From assembly GCA_019058315.1 (NCBI GenBank), contig JAHPZH010000001.1, forward strand, positions 128,001-192,000: a stretch of DNA of 64,000 nucleotides, in the 5' to 3' direction. Positions within the stretch are counted from its first letter, which is position 1. Each line of letters opens with the position of its first letter. A program made the translations under genes and the position numbers. This document shows positions 27,904-38,691 of the stretch, piece by piece. The notes beneath the pieces were generated by a model. The model saw only the letters and a program-made list of their open reading frames with translations, had not been told where the DNA came from and searched no databases. Source of the DNA: Candidatus Helarchaeota archaeon. GTDB taxonomy: Archaea > Asgardarchaeota > Lokiarchaeia > Helarchaeales > RDOG01.

Positions 27904-30399
27904 ATGACAATCGATGATGATAGATTCGTTTGCATTCACGGACATTTCTATCAGCCACCCAGGGAAAATCCTTGGATTGAAGAAATAGAATTAGAAGACT
28001 CTGCAGCACCATTCCCAAATTGGAATGAAAAAATTACCCATGAGTGTTATGCACCTAATGCATACGCTAGAATTTTGGATAAAGATGGTAAAATATCTAA
28101 GATTAAAAATAATTATGAAAAAATGAGCTTTAATTTTGGACCCACTCTATTAGATTGGCTTGAAAAAAAAGTTCCATCTGTTTATAAGAAGATACTAGAG
28201 GCAGATGAAAATAGTAAAAAATTTAATGGAGGACATGGTAACGCTATTGCTCAGATATATAATCATATTATTATGCCTCTAGCTTTGAAACATGATAAAG
28301 AGACCGAAATTATCTGGGGCATTAAAAGTTTTCTACGGGATTTTAAAAGAAAACCTGAAGGGATGTGGCTTTCTGAAACTGCAGTCGATTTAGAAACAAT
28401 CGAGCTCCTAATAAAGCATGGTATTAAGTTCATAATTCTATCACCTCATCAAGCTTCAAAAATTCGAAAAATAGGCACAGAAGATTGGACTGATATTGAT
28501 GTCCAAAGTCTAGATACTTCAAGATGTTATAAGTTAAATATTTCTGATGATAAATCAATCGCCATTTTTTTCTATGATAAGGGTTTATCCAGTGATATAG
28601 CATTTAATGGGATCCTAAAAGAAGGAATTCGATTCATTGATCGCATTACTTATTCATTTGATCCATCCAAAAATACTCCTCAATTAGTAAATGCTGCTAC
28701 TGATGGAGAGAGCTATGGACATCATAAAAAATTTGCAGAAATGGCTCTTGCCTATGCACTAGAATATATTGAATCAAGAAAACTTGCGACAATTATAAAT
28801 TATGGTTATTATTTAGAACTTTTTCCACCCCAATATGAAGTAGAAATTTTAGAAAATACATCATGGAGTGATTCTCAAGGTGTTGAGCGATGGAGAAGTG
28901 ATCTTGGGGATTCCATTTCTGAAAAACCTGGTTGGAATCAAAAATGGAGAACTCCTCTTCGAGATGCTATGAATTTCTTAAAAGAAAAAGTAGATGTTCT
29001 CTATGTTCAAGAGGTCTCAAAATATCTTCAAGATCCTTGGGATGCTCGTAATTATTATATTGATGTTGTAATTAATCGAACCGATAAACAAAGAGAAAAA
29101 TTCTTCTCAAAATATCAAAAGAAAGATTTAGATGAGGAGGAGATACATAAAGTTATCAGTTTAATGGAAATGCAAAGAAATGCTCTATTAATGTTTACTA
29201 GCTGTGGTTGGTTCTTTGATGATATGGGAATTGAAACCAAACAAATTCTAAAATACGCAATTAGGGTTATTCAAATAGCAAGAGAATTTAACTGGGATTT
29301 AGAAAATGAATATAAGAATATAATGAAAAAAGCCAGAAGTAATATAGCTCCCTATAAAACTGGTGATATGATATTTGAAGAGGTAAAAAAGGAATATATT
29401 GTTAATTTTGAAAAAGCAATTTCCAATTATGCATTATTATCAACAATGGTTCCTATGGAAAAAGAATGTGAACTTTATGTCTATAGAGTTCGTAATTTAG
29501 ATCATGTAAGATTGGAGTATGGATTCGCTGTTTGCGTTATAGGCTACTTAGAAATCTTTTCCAATTTAACTTGCCATTTTGAAAAGTCTATGTTTATTGG
29601 GATAAAAATGGAAAGAGATTTTATAGCAGGTGCAAAAATAATCCAAGATTTTGATGAATATGAGCGAAATAAAAAAACATTGATGAAAATTTTTGAAGGT
29701 GAATCAATAACAGAACTGATTAGAGCAGTTGATCATATTTTTAAAGATCACATCTTTGGGATTACAGATTTATTCTTTAAGGAACGAAAAGAAGTTTTAA
29801 ATAAGTTAATAACCTCTAATTTTATATTTTTAGACACAGAATTTAATCAATTTTATAATATAAATCTCAAATTCATGAGATATTTGAAAAATATTAGTGT
29901 ACAAATTCCAGATAAATTCAAACTTGTACTAGAATATGTGTTAAATCAAGATTTGACACAAGAATTTGATAATTTTTTAAAGGAAAAAAATTATGAAAAC
30001 CTAGAAAAGACATTACAAAAGGCTGAATATTGGGGAATTAAATTAAATACAACAAGATTTGACAAAGAAATCACAAGAACCATTATTAATCTATTAAATA
30101 CAATTTTAAAATCAAGTTTAAAAAATCCAAATGCAATAACTTATCTCGAACAAATCGAAGAGGCATTAAATTTCGCAGTTAAATACAAACTTAATATTAT
30201 TATGTGGGAAATTCAAAATGAATTTATCCATATAATTGAAGAAAATATAGAATTGCTTAAGGAAATTAAAAGAATGAAAAGATCAGAAATAGATTTCAAA
30301 TATGTCCAAATTTTAAGTTTAATAAATACTATTGGAACAAATCTTAATCTTGATATTGAAATAATTATGAGATCGATAATTGGAAGTAAAATGATATAA
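27904..30399 (+). CDS. GH57 glycoside hydrolase, DUF3536 type
   Basis: HGHFYQPPRENPW, GMWLSETAVD, ATDGESYGHH, MFTSCGWFFDD. Confidence 0.9.
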   Translation: MTIDDDRFVCIHGHFYQPPRENPWIEEIELEDSAAPFPNWNEKITHECYAPNAYARILDKDGKISKIKNNYEKMSFNFGPTLLDWLEKKVPSVYKKILEADENSKKFNGGHGNAIAQIYNHIIMPLALKHDKETEIIWGIKSFLRDFKRKPEGMWLSETAVDLETIELLIKHGIKFIILSPHQASKIRKIGTEDWTDIDVQSLDTSRCYKLNISDDKSIAIFFYDKGLSSDIAFNGILKEGIRFIDRITYSFDPSKNTPQLVNAATDGESYGHHKKFAEMALAYALEYIESRKLATIINYGYYLELFPPQYEVEILENTSWSDSQGVERWRSDLGDSISEKPGWNQKWRTPLRDAMNFLKEKVDVLYVQEVSKYLQDPWDARNYYIDVVINRTDKQREKFFSKYQKKDLDEEEIHKVISLMEMQRNALLMFTSCGWFFDDMGIETKQILKYAIRVIQIAREFNWDLENEYKNIMKKARSNIAPYKTGDMIFEEVKKEYIVNFEKAISNYALLSTMVPMEKECELYVYRVRNLDHVRLEYGFAVCVIGYLEIFSNLTCHFEKSMFIGIKMERDFIAGAKIIQDFDEYERNKKTLMKIFEGESITELIRAVDHIFKDHIFGITDLFFKERKEVLNKLITSNFIFLDTEFNQFYNINLKFMRYLKNISVQIPDKFKLVLEYVLNQDLTQEFDNFLKEKNYENLEKTLQKAEYWGIKLNTTRFDKEITRTIINLLNTILKSSLKNPNAITYLEQIEEALNFAVKYKLNIIMWEIQNEFIHIIEENIELLKEIKRMKRSEIDFKYVQILSLINTIGTNLNLDIEIIMRSIIGSKMI

Positions 30400-30418
30400 T
30401 CTTTTGTGGTGATATGAT

Positions 30419-32143
30419 TTGAGTCCAGAAGTTAAGGGATATTTTTCTTTTGTATTACACTCTCATCTACCTTATGTAACAAACCATGGCATTTGGCCAC
30501 ATGGTATGGATTGGTTAAACGAGGCTAGCGCAGAAACATATATTCCCATCCTCAATACGCTTTATCAATTGAGAGATGAGGGATTTAAACCAAGATTAAC
30601 CATAGGATTGACTCCAATTCTATGTGAACAAATGAGAAATGGTACATTTATTGAGGGCTTTATTAACTATCTAGAAAACAAGATAACGATGGCAGAAGAT
30701 GATAAGAAATTATTTATTGAGTGGAAATCTGAAAATCTAATCAGATTAAGTGACATGTGGAAGCAATTTTACACCGATATTATTGTTGATTTTAAAGAAA
30801 AGTATAATAGAGATTTGGTTAATGCGTTTAAAATCCTCCAAGACGAGGGAATAATAGAAATAATTACATGTGCTGCTACTCATGGATATCTACCACTCTT
30901 AAGTCAAGATTATAGTATTGAAAATCAAATTAAAGTAGGAATTCAAAATTATAAAAAACATTTTAAAAAAGCCCCTATTGGAATCTGGTTACCTGAATGT
31001 GCTTATAGACCCGCTTACAATTGGAAAAATCCAATTTTTACAGATGAACATGAATATGCTAGAAAAGGGGTAGAAGAAATTCTTAATTCGAATGGAATTA
31101 AATATTTTGTAATCGACACACATCTCCTAATGGGTGGAGAAGCCATAGGAGTTTATGCAGCACGATTTGAAGCTTTAAAAATGCTTTGGGAAAATTTCAA
31201 AAGACAATACAAACCTCCACCTGTAGATTTTAATAAATCTCCCTATAGATCATATCTGGTTTCGTCCACTTCTAATTTTGAAGCTCAGGTCGCCATCTTT
31301 GTAAGAGATCCAAAAACTTCAATCCAACTATGGTCTGCCGAACATGGTTATCCTGGGGATGGATGGTACTTAGAATTTCATAAGAAACATTTTCCATCCG
31401 GTCATCGATATTGGCGAATCACGTCTGTTAAATCTTCCCTCGGTGATAAATTGGAATATGTCCCTGAAAATGTTGAAGCGAGATTAGTGGAAAATGCAGG
31501 TCATTACAAGCAACTCATTAAAGATATTCTATTTGATTTTCATTATAAGAATAACAAAGAATTAGGTATAGTAATTGCACCATACGATACTGAGCTTTTG
31601 GGTCATTGGTGGTTTGAAGGCCCCCGGTTTCTCTATAAGGTTTTAAAATGGGTAGAAATGGACCCTGAAATCGAATTAACAACTTGTGGAAAACATTTGA
31701 CAGAATTTCCACCGATTAATATAGTACATATACCTGAAGGCTCTTGGGGAGAGGGTCAAGGGCACTGGATTTGGCTAAACGAATGGACCACATGGACCTG
31801 GGAAAAAATTTATGAAATTGAAAGGAAACTTAAAGCTATTTTCGAAAAATATAGGGGCACCAAAGATGAAAACTTGGGAAGAATAATTGTCCAAATCGAA
31901 CGAGAGAATTTACTCTTACAATCTAGCGACTGGCAATTTCTCATTTCAACTTGGAGTGCTCGGGATTATGCGGAAAATCGAGTAGCACAGCATTATAACC
32001 GCATCAATAAACTTATCGGAATACTAGAAGTCTATGAAAATACCAAAAATCTCTTACCTGAGCATCAAAATTATTTAAATAAACTCGAATCCATTGATAA
32101 TATATTCGGAGCTGAAATCGAAGAAGTTCTAGACTTAAAATAA
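30419..32143 (+). CDS. GH57 1,4-alpha-glucan branching enzyme (DUF1957 type)
   Basis: LHSHLPYV, GIWLPECAY, PYDTELLGHWWFEGP, QSSDWQF; TTG start after GGTGA. Confidence 0.92.
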   Translation: MSPEVKGYFSFVLHSHLPYVTNHGIWPHGMDWLNEASAETYIPILNTLYQLRDEGFKPRLTIGLTPILCEQMRNGTFIEGFINYLENKITMAEDDKKLFIEWKSENLIRLSDMWKQFYTDIIVDFKEKYNRDLVNAFKILQDEGIIEIITCAATHGYLPLLSQDYSIENQIKVGIQNYKKHFKKAPIGIWLPECAYRPAYNWKNPIFTDEHEYARKGVEEILNSNGIKYFVIDTHLLMGGEAIGVYAARFEALKMLWENFKRQYKPPPVDFNKSPYRSYLVSSTSNFEAQVAIFVRDPKTSIQLWSAEHGYPGDGWYLEFHKKHFPSGHRYWRITSVKSSLGDKLEYVPENVEARLVENAGHYKQLIKDILFDFHYKNNKELGIVIAPYDTELLGHWWFEGPRFLYKVLKWVEMDPEIELTTCGKHLTEFPPINIVHIPEGSWGEGQGHWIWLNEWTTWTWEKIYEIERKLKAIFEKYRGTKDENLGRIIVQIERENLLLQSSDWQFLISTWSARDYAENRVAQHYNRINKLIGILEVYENTKNLLPEHQNYLNKLESIDNIFGAEIEEVLDLK

Positions 32144-32294
32144 ATTAAAAATATCATTTAATTCTTAAATATGTTATAGATTGAGCCAATTTTAATATAG
32201 ACTGAAAAGACATAAAATTAATTTTAATAATTTTATTTTTTACAATTTCACAAATTTAAATCATTAACTAATATTTCTAATCAGTTATAACCAT

Positions 32295-33905
32295 TCATTT
32301 ATTAGCTATAAAAATCTTAAATTTATTAAAATCGAACTCGAATTCCTTTTTCTTATCATTAAATAATTCCCAGATGCGGAAAGCGGGGTAATAGATAGTA
32401 CTGGCAATATAATATAACTCGATTTTAATGGGAAGCTCGTTTTCACTAAACAATTTAAAGAGAGGAAAACTCCCAACTGGCATATGAAGCCAGCCAACGA
32501 CAAAAGCATCTTTTGGATCATTTATATTCTGACAATGTGTGATATTGAAATATGGAAAAATGGAAAGGAGTTTTATCAAATAGTTAATTTCACCTATTGT
32601 AGATGCATTAACTTTGATAAAATAGACCTCTAATTGGTCTGTTCCATAAACAAATGGGAACCTAATCCCATGACTTTCCAACTGTTCTCTACGAGTTTTT
32701 ATTTGTGGTAATGGTGCTCTACATATGTTTTTAAGATATTGATCTGAAACATTAGTATTTCCCTGAAGATATTCAAAAATTTTTAATGTTAATAAATCTA
32801 TATCCCCTTGTGTGGGTTTTACAGGTTCATACATTTTATTATTTTTTGTATATTCGCACTCTTTAAAATGTGTATCTACCTTATTCCAGTCTATTATGGT
32901 CTTCCCCTCATGTGGGTTATAAAATTCCAGTGAGAAGTGACATATTGGAATAATATATGTTTTATATGCATTTATTGAGATTTTACACGATTTTTCAACG
33001 TATCTATGCATCTTTTCAAGATATTTTATAGGGACAGAGGGGACTAAGAGAGTGAATTTCTTGTTTGTGGATTTAATTTTGTATTTTCTATAAGAATAAT
33101 TCGATTTCACTCGAATATCGGTCGGAATCATAAATAATAATGATTGCATACCATAATAGTGACTATCCACCCACAAGACTTGTCGTAGCAGTTTTATGGA
33201 TATAAGTTCGTCTAAGTGCTTTCTAACAGTTTTATAGGACTTCCCCATTCTATCTACGAGTTCTTTTACATATTTAGGACTTTTATCAATCGAAGCACCT
33301 TTGGAGTATAAATTTTCAAGATAGAGGTTAATTTCTTCTACATCTTGGGAATAAAATGGTAAAATTGAATTTAATATTTCAATTTCTAGGGGGTTTAAAC
33401 TGAATTCTTGTGATTTCCAAGCATAATAATAGAGTATTTCTTCAAATAATTCAGAATTTATTTCCAAATTCTTAAAAGATCTTAAAGTTTTTAAAAACTT
33501 ACTAAAATCCTTAAATCGGGGTCTAGGGCGAGCAGGGTGAGCGAAATTTAATAGGCTTGTTACGGGATGGTAATAATTTTCTGCCGAGACCGCTAGATCA
33601 TTTATACAATCAACATTCCAAGGGAAAAATTTGGTGATATTATAATGTTTACTTATATAATCAGTTACCTCAATTCGTTTATTACTAGGCATAAGCATTA
33701 GAACTATTGTGGCAGCTAAATCATAACTTGTATCATAATTACCGATTTTTTCGATCTTGGGAACGAAACTTTTTGCTATTGTAATCCTTTTATCAAGTTC
33801 CTCTGGGATATTTTTAATATGATCTAAATCTAATTCGTTTAAGGGATCTAGTTCGAAATTTCGTATAATTTTCTTTAGATAAACCACCGGATCAGCTATT
33901 TTCAT
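32295..33905 (-). CDS. Hypothetical protein with two HTH-like segments (possible tandem Lrp/AsnC-like regulator)
   Basis: LVDRMGKSYKTVRKHLDELISIKLL and DLLTLKIFEYLQGNTNVSDQYLKNICRAPLPQIKTRREQLE resemble winged HTH units. Confidence 0.55.
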   Translation of the reverse strand: MKIADPVVYLKKIIRNFELDPLNELDLDHIKNIPEELDKRITIAKSFVPKIEKIGNYDTSYDLAATIVLMLMPSNKRIEVTDYISKHYNITKFFPWNVDCINDLAVSAENYYHPVTSLLNFAHPARPRPRFKDFSKFLKTLRSFKNLEINSELFEEILYYYAWKSQEFSLNPLEIEILNSILPFYSQDVEEINLYLENLYSKGASIDKSPKYVKELVDRMGKSYKTVRKHLDELISIKLLRQVLWVDSHYYGMQSLLFMIPTDIRVKSNYSYRKYKIKSTNKKFTLLVPSVPIKYLEKMHRYVEKSCKISINAYKTYIIPICHFSLEFYNPHEGKTIIDWNKVDTHFKECEYTKNNKMYEPVKPTQGDIDLLTLKIFEYLQGNTNVSDQYLKNICRAPLPQIKTRREQLESHGIRFPFVYGTDQLEVYFIKVNASTIGEINYLIKLLSIFPYFNITHCQNINDPKDAFVVGWLHMPVGSFPLFKLFSENELPIKIELYYIASTIYYPAFRIWELFNDKKKEFEFDFNKFKIFIANK

Positions 33906-34046
33906 TATCTATACCACAGATAAAACATGATCTAATGTTCATTAATGGTAATTGATATTTGATAATGTCTACCAAACTCGTTAATACATCTTTTTATTAC
34001 ATCAATAAATTACAATTACATATTAATTTTTTTTATTTAATAAATT

Positions 34047-35642
34047 TCAAATTTTAAATATACTATCATATGAGTTATTAAAAATAATTAAAGGGACAAC
34101 ATAATTATCTTTTCTATATTTTAATTCATAAAAAATCTCCCTAATTAAACGATCAAATTTATAAATTTCACAGCCTTTTTGGAAAGTATTTAAATCTACT
34201 TTTTCTCCATTATCGAATATTTTTACATATTTATCATAATAGTTTTTTATTAGATTTCTAATTAAATAATCAGTCCATAGTTTTGCCTCGGTCATTGTTG
34301 TAGATAATGATCCTATTTCCTCCTGAAATTGGTTTTTTGCATCAGCAAAACTCTCTACTACTTTCAAACCTTCCTTAGTAAGTGAAGAGGTATGGAGAAC
34401 ACTATTTACTTCAATATAATGAAAGGCAGTTATTAATGAAGCCAAATCTCTAAAAATTAAATCTCGTTTCCATATTTCTTCTCTAGGTCGGTTGGGATCT
34501 CCTTCCAAATCTGTTATATATAATTTTTTCTGACATTTTTCATTAGATTTAACTAAAATCTGTGCAAGATGTAAGTCTTGATGAACTGTAATTTTATCAA
34601 GACTAATGAAATTTTCCAAAACTTGCGAATCTTTTCGAATTTGACTAAAATTTCTAGAAATATTTTTAAAAATCTTTAAATTTTCATCTCTATGTTTTAG
34701 AATTTCATCCATTATTTTTTTTTGAGAATCTTTGAATGATTGAATATCTTCATTCGTGAACTTTTCTTTTTCAAATTTGTGAAATTTTAGATTTAAAGAT
34801 TTTTGATGAAAATTAATAACTAAATCTACTAGCCCTAATAAATTAAGGTTTAAATTTGAATCATTAATCAAAGCAACTTGGTGTTCGGGAGAAGGATATT
34901 CTAATCTATGTATTAAATTTTCCCAAAAATAATAACCTAAATCATTATCAAATATCAAAAATTCTTGTAAATTAAAGCAGATAATTTCTTCTCCGTTTCC
35001 TAACTTAGCAAAACCTATAGGTTGAGGCAAATTTTCATAATTTAATTTAAAAAGTTCTCTAATCAATATTGGTTCTCTTGAAGTTGAAATTTTCCTGTAT
35101 GATTTTAAAAATAAATTACTTTTCTTCCCCTTTATCTTTGTCAAAAAATTCGTGGTTTCCCCTTTTTTAAAAACTTCCGAATTTACCAATTCGAAATTTT
35201 CTATTAATTGCTCATTTTCTAGATCAAATTTAAAGTAGTTCCCTTTTTTCAATTCTTGAGTTGTCTGTTTTTGAAAATTTTCAATTAAAAGGTTTATAAA
35301 ATCTTGAGAACATTCAGCTTGACATATATAAAATTCAGAAGAATTAGTATTTATTACAATTTCAGGTGAACTGTCAATTTTTTGTTTATCTAAATAATAA
35401 ATTAGTGGTAAAAAAAAGGATGTTCTAGTATTAATTGCATTTATATTTAGAAAATAACCAAATATCTTTAAACCCGATTCTTCTTTAAAAAATAGATCCC
35501 CAGCTAATTCTAAATCAAACTTATCAACATTTGATAATCCTGACCATCTTTGCTGCTTTAACCAAGGTTTTAGAAATGGTATAATTAATCCTAAATTATC
35601 CCAAATCTCAGAATGGTCTTTTTGAATGTTAATTTGAAACAT
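34047..35642 (-). CDS. Maltokinase-like (Mak/Pep2) kinase
   Basis: WLKQQRW N-terminus, HQDLHLAQIL, TDLEGDP, RDLASL, YELKYRKDNYVVPL match maltokinase motifs HGDLHLGQVL/DFEGEP/RDVAGM/YE..NRP.W..IPL. Confidence 0.8.
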   Translation of the reverse strand: MFQINIQKDHSEIWDNLGLIIPFLKPWLKQQRWSGLSNVDKFDLELAGDLFFKEESGLKIFGYFLNINAINTRTSFFLPLIYYLDKQKIDSSPEIVINTNSSEFYICQAECSQDFINLLIENFQKQTTQELKKGNYFKFDLENEQLIENFELVNSEVFKKGETTNFLTKIKGKKSNLFLKSYRKISTSREPILIRELFKLNYENLPQPIGFAKLGNGEEIICFNLQEFLIFDNDLGYYFWENLIHRLEYPSPEHQVALINDSNLNLNLLGLVDLVINFHQKSLNLKFHKFEKEKFTNEDIQSFKDSQKKIMDEILKHRDENLKIFKNISRNFSQIRKDSQVLENFISLDKITVHQDLHLAQILVKSNEKCQKKLYITDLEGDPNRPREEIWKRDLIFRDLASLITAFHYIEVNSVLHTSSLTKEGLKVVESFADAKNQFQEEIGSLSTTMTEAKLWTDYLIRNLIKNYYDKYVKIFDNGEKVDLNTFQKGCEIYKFDRLIREIFYELKYRKDNYVVPLIIFNNSYDSIFKI

Positions 35643-35691
35643 TATAAATATATAAAATTTGAAACATTAAAATAAAATCGGAAATAATAGG

Positions 35692-36546
35692 GTGAATAAT
35701 TTTTTGAATTTAGGAGAAATAAAAAATCATATTAAAAATATGTATGCAATTGCTTTACTTTGCGCCTTTTTTAATGTATTTTGTGTTGAATTTTGGGTTA
35801 GAGGAATATATTTTTTTACTAAAAATCAATTTTTTTTCCCCTTTGACTCCATTATTGGATTATTTGCAAATTATTTCATCTATTTTTTATTCGTGGACTA
35901 CTTAATTATAAAATATCGTTTAAAAGATTACCACATTTTACTAGTTGGGATAATTTACGGATTTATCATGGAAATTTATTTTACACAAGCCCAAAATTAT
36001 TATGCTGATATTCCTTCCTTTTTATTTTACACTATAACAATAAATTTGGTATGGTGGGGTTTGATTCAAACGGATTTGGCTTGCTATTTTGCAAATAGAT
36101 TAGTCGAAAGGGAAATAAGCGATTTAAGACCCAATCACTTTTCATGGATAATTTTCCTTAGTTTTAACGCAATATCTATTTTGTTTTCACGAATTTATGT
36201 AACACCAATAATAATAAACTCATTTATTTTATTCATAATATCTAATGTTGCTCTTATTCTATTAATAATTCTCTTAGTTTTCTCTATAAAGAAATTTAAA
36301 CCAAAAATCTATGAATTTAAAAATGTTTTACTATTTGATATCATTTTAATAATATTTTTCTGCTTTCCAATCTTCATAACATTAGCATTTCCAAATACTG
36401 AAGGATTTGTTTCAGTAATTAATACTGTACTGCATCCAATTGGTATGGAAACAGCGCTTTGGGCATTTTGGATTGTATTTTTTATTTTGGTTATATGGAG
36501 AATTTATAAAAAACAAGAAATTCCTATTAAAAATTTAAAAGAATAA
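35692..36546 (+). CDS. Multi-pass membrane protein
   Basis: About 8 hydrophobic helices; GIIYGFIME motif; start could be ATG 35740. Confidence 0.65.
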   Translation: MNNFLNLGEIKNHIKNMYAIALLCAFFNVFCVEFWVRGIYFFTKNQFFFPFDSIIGLFANYFIYFLFVDYLIIKYRLKDYHILLVGIIYGFIMEIYFTQAQNYYADIPSFLFYTITINLVWWGLIQTDLACYFANRLVEREISDLRPNHFSWIIFLSFNAISILFSRIYVTPIIINSFILFIISNVALILLIILLVFSIKKFKPKIYEFKNVLLFDIILIIFFCFPIFITLAFPNTEGFVSVINTVLHPIGMETALWAFWIVFFILVIWRIYKKQEIPIKNLKE

Positions 36547-36564
36547 AAAATAGTTGAAAGATAT

Positions 36565-38004
36565 ATGAAAGTGGTATTAGTATCCTCAGAATCTGTTCCC
36601 TACGCCAAAACCGGCGGATTGGCTGATGTTACTGGTGCACTTTCTCGAATAATGGTAAAAAGGGGAATAAATATTATAAGCTTTTTACCATTTTATAAAC
36701 AGATTGATAAAAAAGCTTTTGAATTTAAGAATTTAAGAAAAAATCTAGATATTCCAGGGTTCAATGAAAAATTCAGCTTATTAAAACATCAAAATGAAGA
36801 AACTAATTTAATTACATATTTTATTAAGAATGAAAAATTCTTTGATAGAGAAGAAATCTACGATGATTATCCTGATAATCCTGATAGATTCATATTCTTT
36901 TCTAAAGCAGTTTTAAAATCATTAGATATCATTGATTTTATTCCTGAAATCATACATTGTCACGATTGGCAAACTTCTGCGATACCAATCCTACTTAATA
37001 ATAAACTATTTAATCCCGATTTATTTAAAAATGTGAAAATTTTATTGACAATACACAATTTAGCATTTCAAGGGATTGGAAATAAAGAAATTTTGCTTGA
37101 ATTAGGATTAGACAATTCATATTTCGTTCCGGAAAAACTCGAGCACTATGAAAAAGTCAATTTATTAAAGGGTGGTATTATTTATTCTGATTTTATAAAT
37201 ACCGTATCTAAAACATATGCTCAAGAAATATTAACTGATAAGCTAAGTTTCGGCTTAAAAAGAGAACTTACTTCTAAAAAAAATCATCTTACCGGCATTT
37301 TAAATGGAATTGATTACGATATTTGGTCTCCTGAAATTGATACTGTTATTTGGAAAAATTATTCTTATAAAACATTAGAAAATAAGGAATATAATAAAGA
37401 AAATCTAAGAAAAAGGTTGGGTTTTTCTCCAATTCCTGGTCCCTTAATAGGAATGGTATCTAGAATAACTTCTCAAAAGGGTTTTGATTTAATAATTGAG
37501 AGTTTTGATCAAATAATGAAACTAGAATTACAGCTTGTTATTTTAGGTGAAGGACAACTAAAGTATTATAAAATTCTCAATAATTTAGCTGAAAAATATA
37601 ATAATAAATTTATTATCAAATTAGAGTATAATGATAAGTTAGCACATCAAATTGAGGCAGGATGCGACATTTTTTTAATGCCATCTTCATTTGAACCCTG
37701 TGGTTTAAATCAAATGATTAGTTTAAGATACGGAACAATTCCAATTGTATATGAAACGGGTGGCTTAGCAGATACAATCAAAGATATTCGTTTTAATAAA
37801 CAAGGAAATGGGTTCACATTTAAAGAGTATAAAAGTGAAGAATTATATGAGACTATTAAACAAGCTTTGAAATTGTATCATGATAAAGAATTTTGGAAAA
37901 ACCTGATTAGGAATGCAATGGAATGCAATTATTCTTGGGAAGTTTCAGCAGAAAAATATTCTGAACTTTATAAGAAGTTGATTAATTCTAAAAGAGAAAA
38001 ATGA
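36565..38004 (+). CDS. glgA: Glycogen synthase (GT5)
   Basis: KTGGLADV, IHCHDWQT, TIHNLAFQG, GILNGID, QKGFDL, PSSFEPCGLNQ, TGGLADT. Confidence 0.95.
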   Translation: MKVVLVSSESVPYAKTGGLADVTGALSRIMVKRGINIISFLPFYKQIDKKAFEFKNLRKNLDIPGFNEKFSLLKHQNEETNLITYFIKNEKFFDREEIYDDYPDNPDRFIFFSKAVLKSLDIIDFIPEIIHCHDWQTSAIPILLNNKLFNPDLFKNVKILLTIHNLAFQGIGNKEILLELGLDNSYFVPEKLEHYEKVNLLKGGIIYSDFINTVSKTYAQEILTDKLSFGLKRELTSKKNHLTGILNGIDYDIWSPEIDTVIWKNYSYKTLENKEYNKENLRKRLGFSPIPGPLIGMVSRITSQKGFDLIIESFDQIMKLELQLVILGEGQLKYYKILNNLAEKYNNKFIIKLEYNDKLAHQIEAGCDIFLMPSSFEPCGLNQMISLRYGTIPIVYETGGLADTIKDIRFNKQGNGFTFKEYKSEELYETIKQALKLYHDKEFWKNLIRNAMECNYSWEVSAEKYSELYKKLINSKREK

Positions 38005-38092
38005 AATAATATTCAATTTTTAAACTCTTCTTAAAAAATTTAAAAGCTACATATAATTAAATCAAATTAGATTTTGAAATGGAGGTTCTATA

Positions 38093-38638
38093 TTGGAAAT
38101 TGATAATAAAATTTCATTAATTTTTAGTAGACTATTGCTTTATTTAGTTATTATTCCCATATTTTTATTAATAGAAATGTTGATTCTAGCTGCCCCTATT
38201 AAAAAAGAACTATATGGTGAACTTGTATATCGAGTTTGGTTCAATATTGGAATGGTTATTGTGTTTTTAATTCTTTATATTCCCGCATCGATTTTAACGT
38301 TTATTAGTATACGTAAAAATGATGTCAGATCCTTAAGAATTGGATTTGTGTTAGGATTCTCCTCTTGGTTTCCTGGTTTTTTTGCTATTTCAAATATAAT
38401 AACATCTTTTATACGAAGATCAGACCAAATCATTTGGGGGTTATTTGGTATATCAATATTACATCCATCTTTAGAAATTAATCCATTAAATTTACTAATA
38501 ATACTAGAAATTAATGTTCCTAAGATTCCAATTTTGCTATTAATTCTTTTAGGATTAAACATAGGTGTATTTTTTATATATTTGGCATTTTCAGCTCATT
38601 TAAAAAGTTTTTTTAATAAATCACTTTGGATATATTAA
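38093..38638 (+). CDS. Membrane protein
   Basis: TTG start after GGAGG; four hydrophobic segments. Confidence 0.65.
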   Translation: MEIDNKISLIFSRLLLYLVIIPIFLLIEMLILAAPIKKELYGELVYRVWFNIGMVIVFLILYIPASILTFISIRKNDVRSLRIGFVLGFSSWFPGFFAISNIITSFIRRSDQIIWGLFGISILHPSLEINPLNLLIILEINVPKIPILLLILLGLNIGVFFIYLAFSAHLKSFFNKSLWIY

Positions 38639-38691
38639 AAATTATATAAGATTTTAATATCACTTAATCACAAAAATAAGGAATTTTAGAC

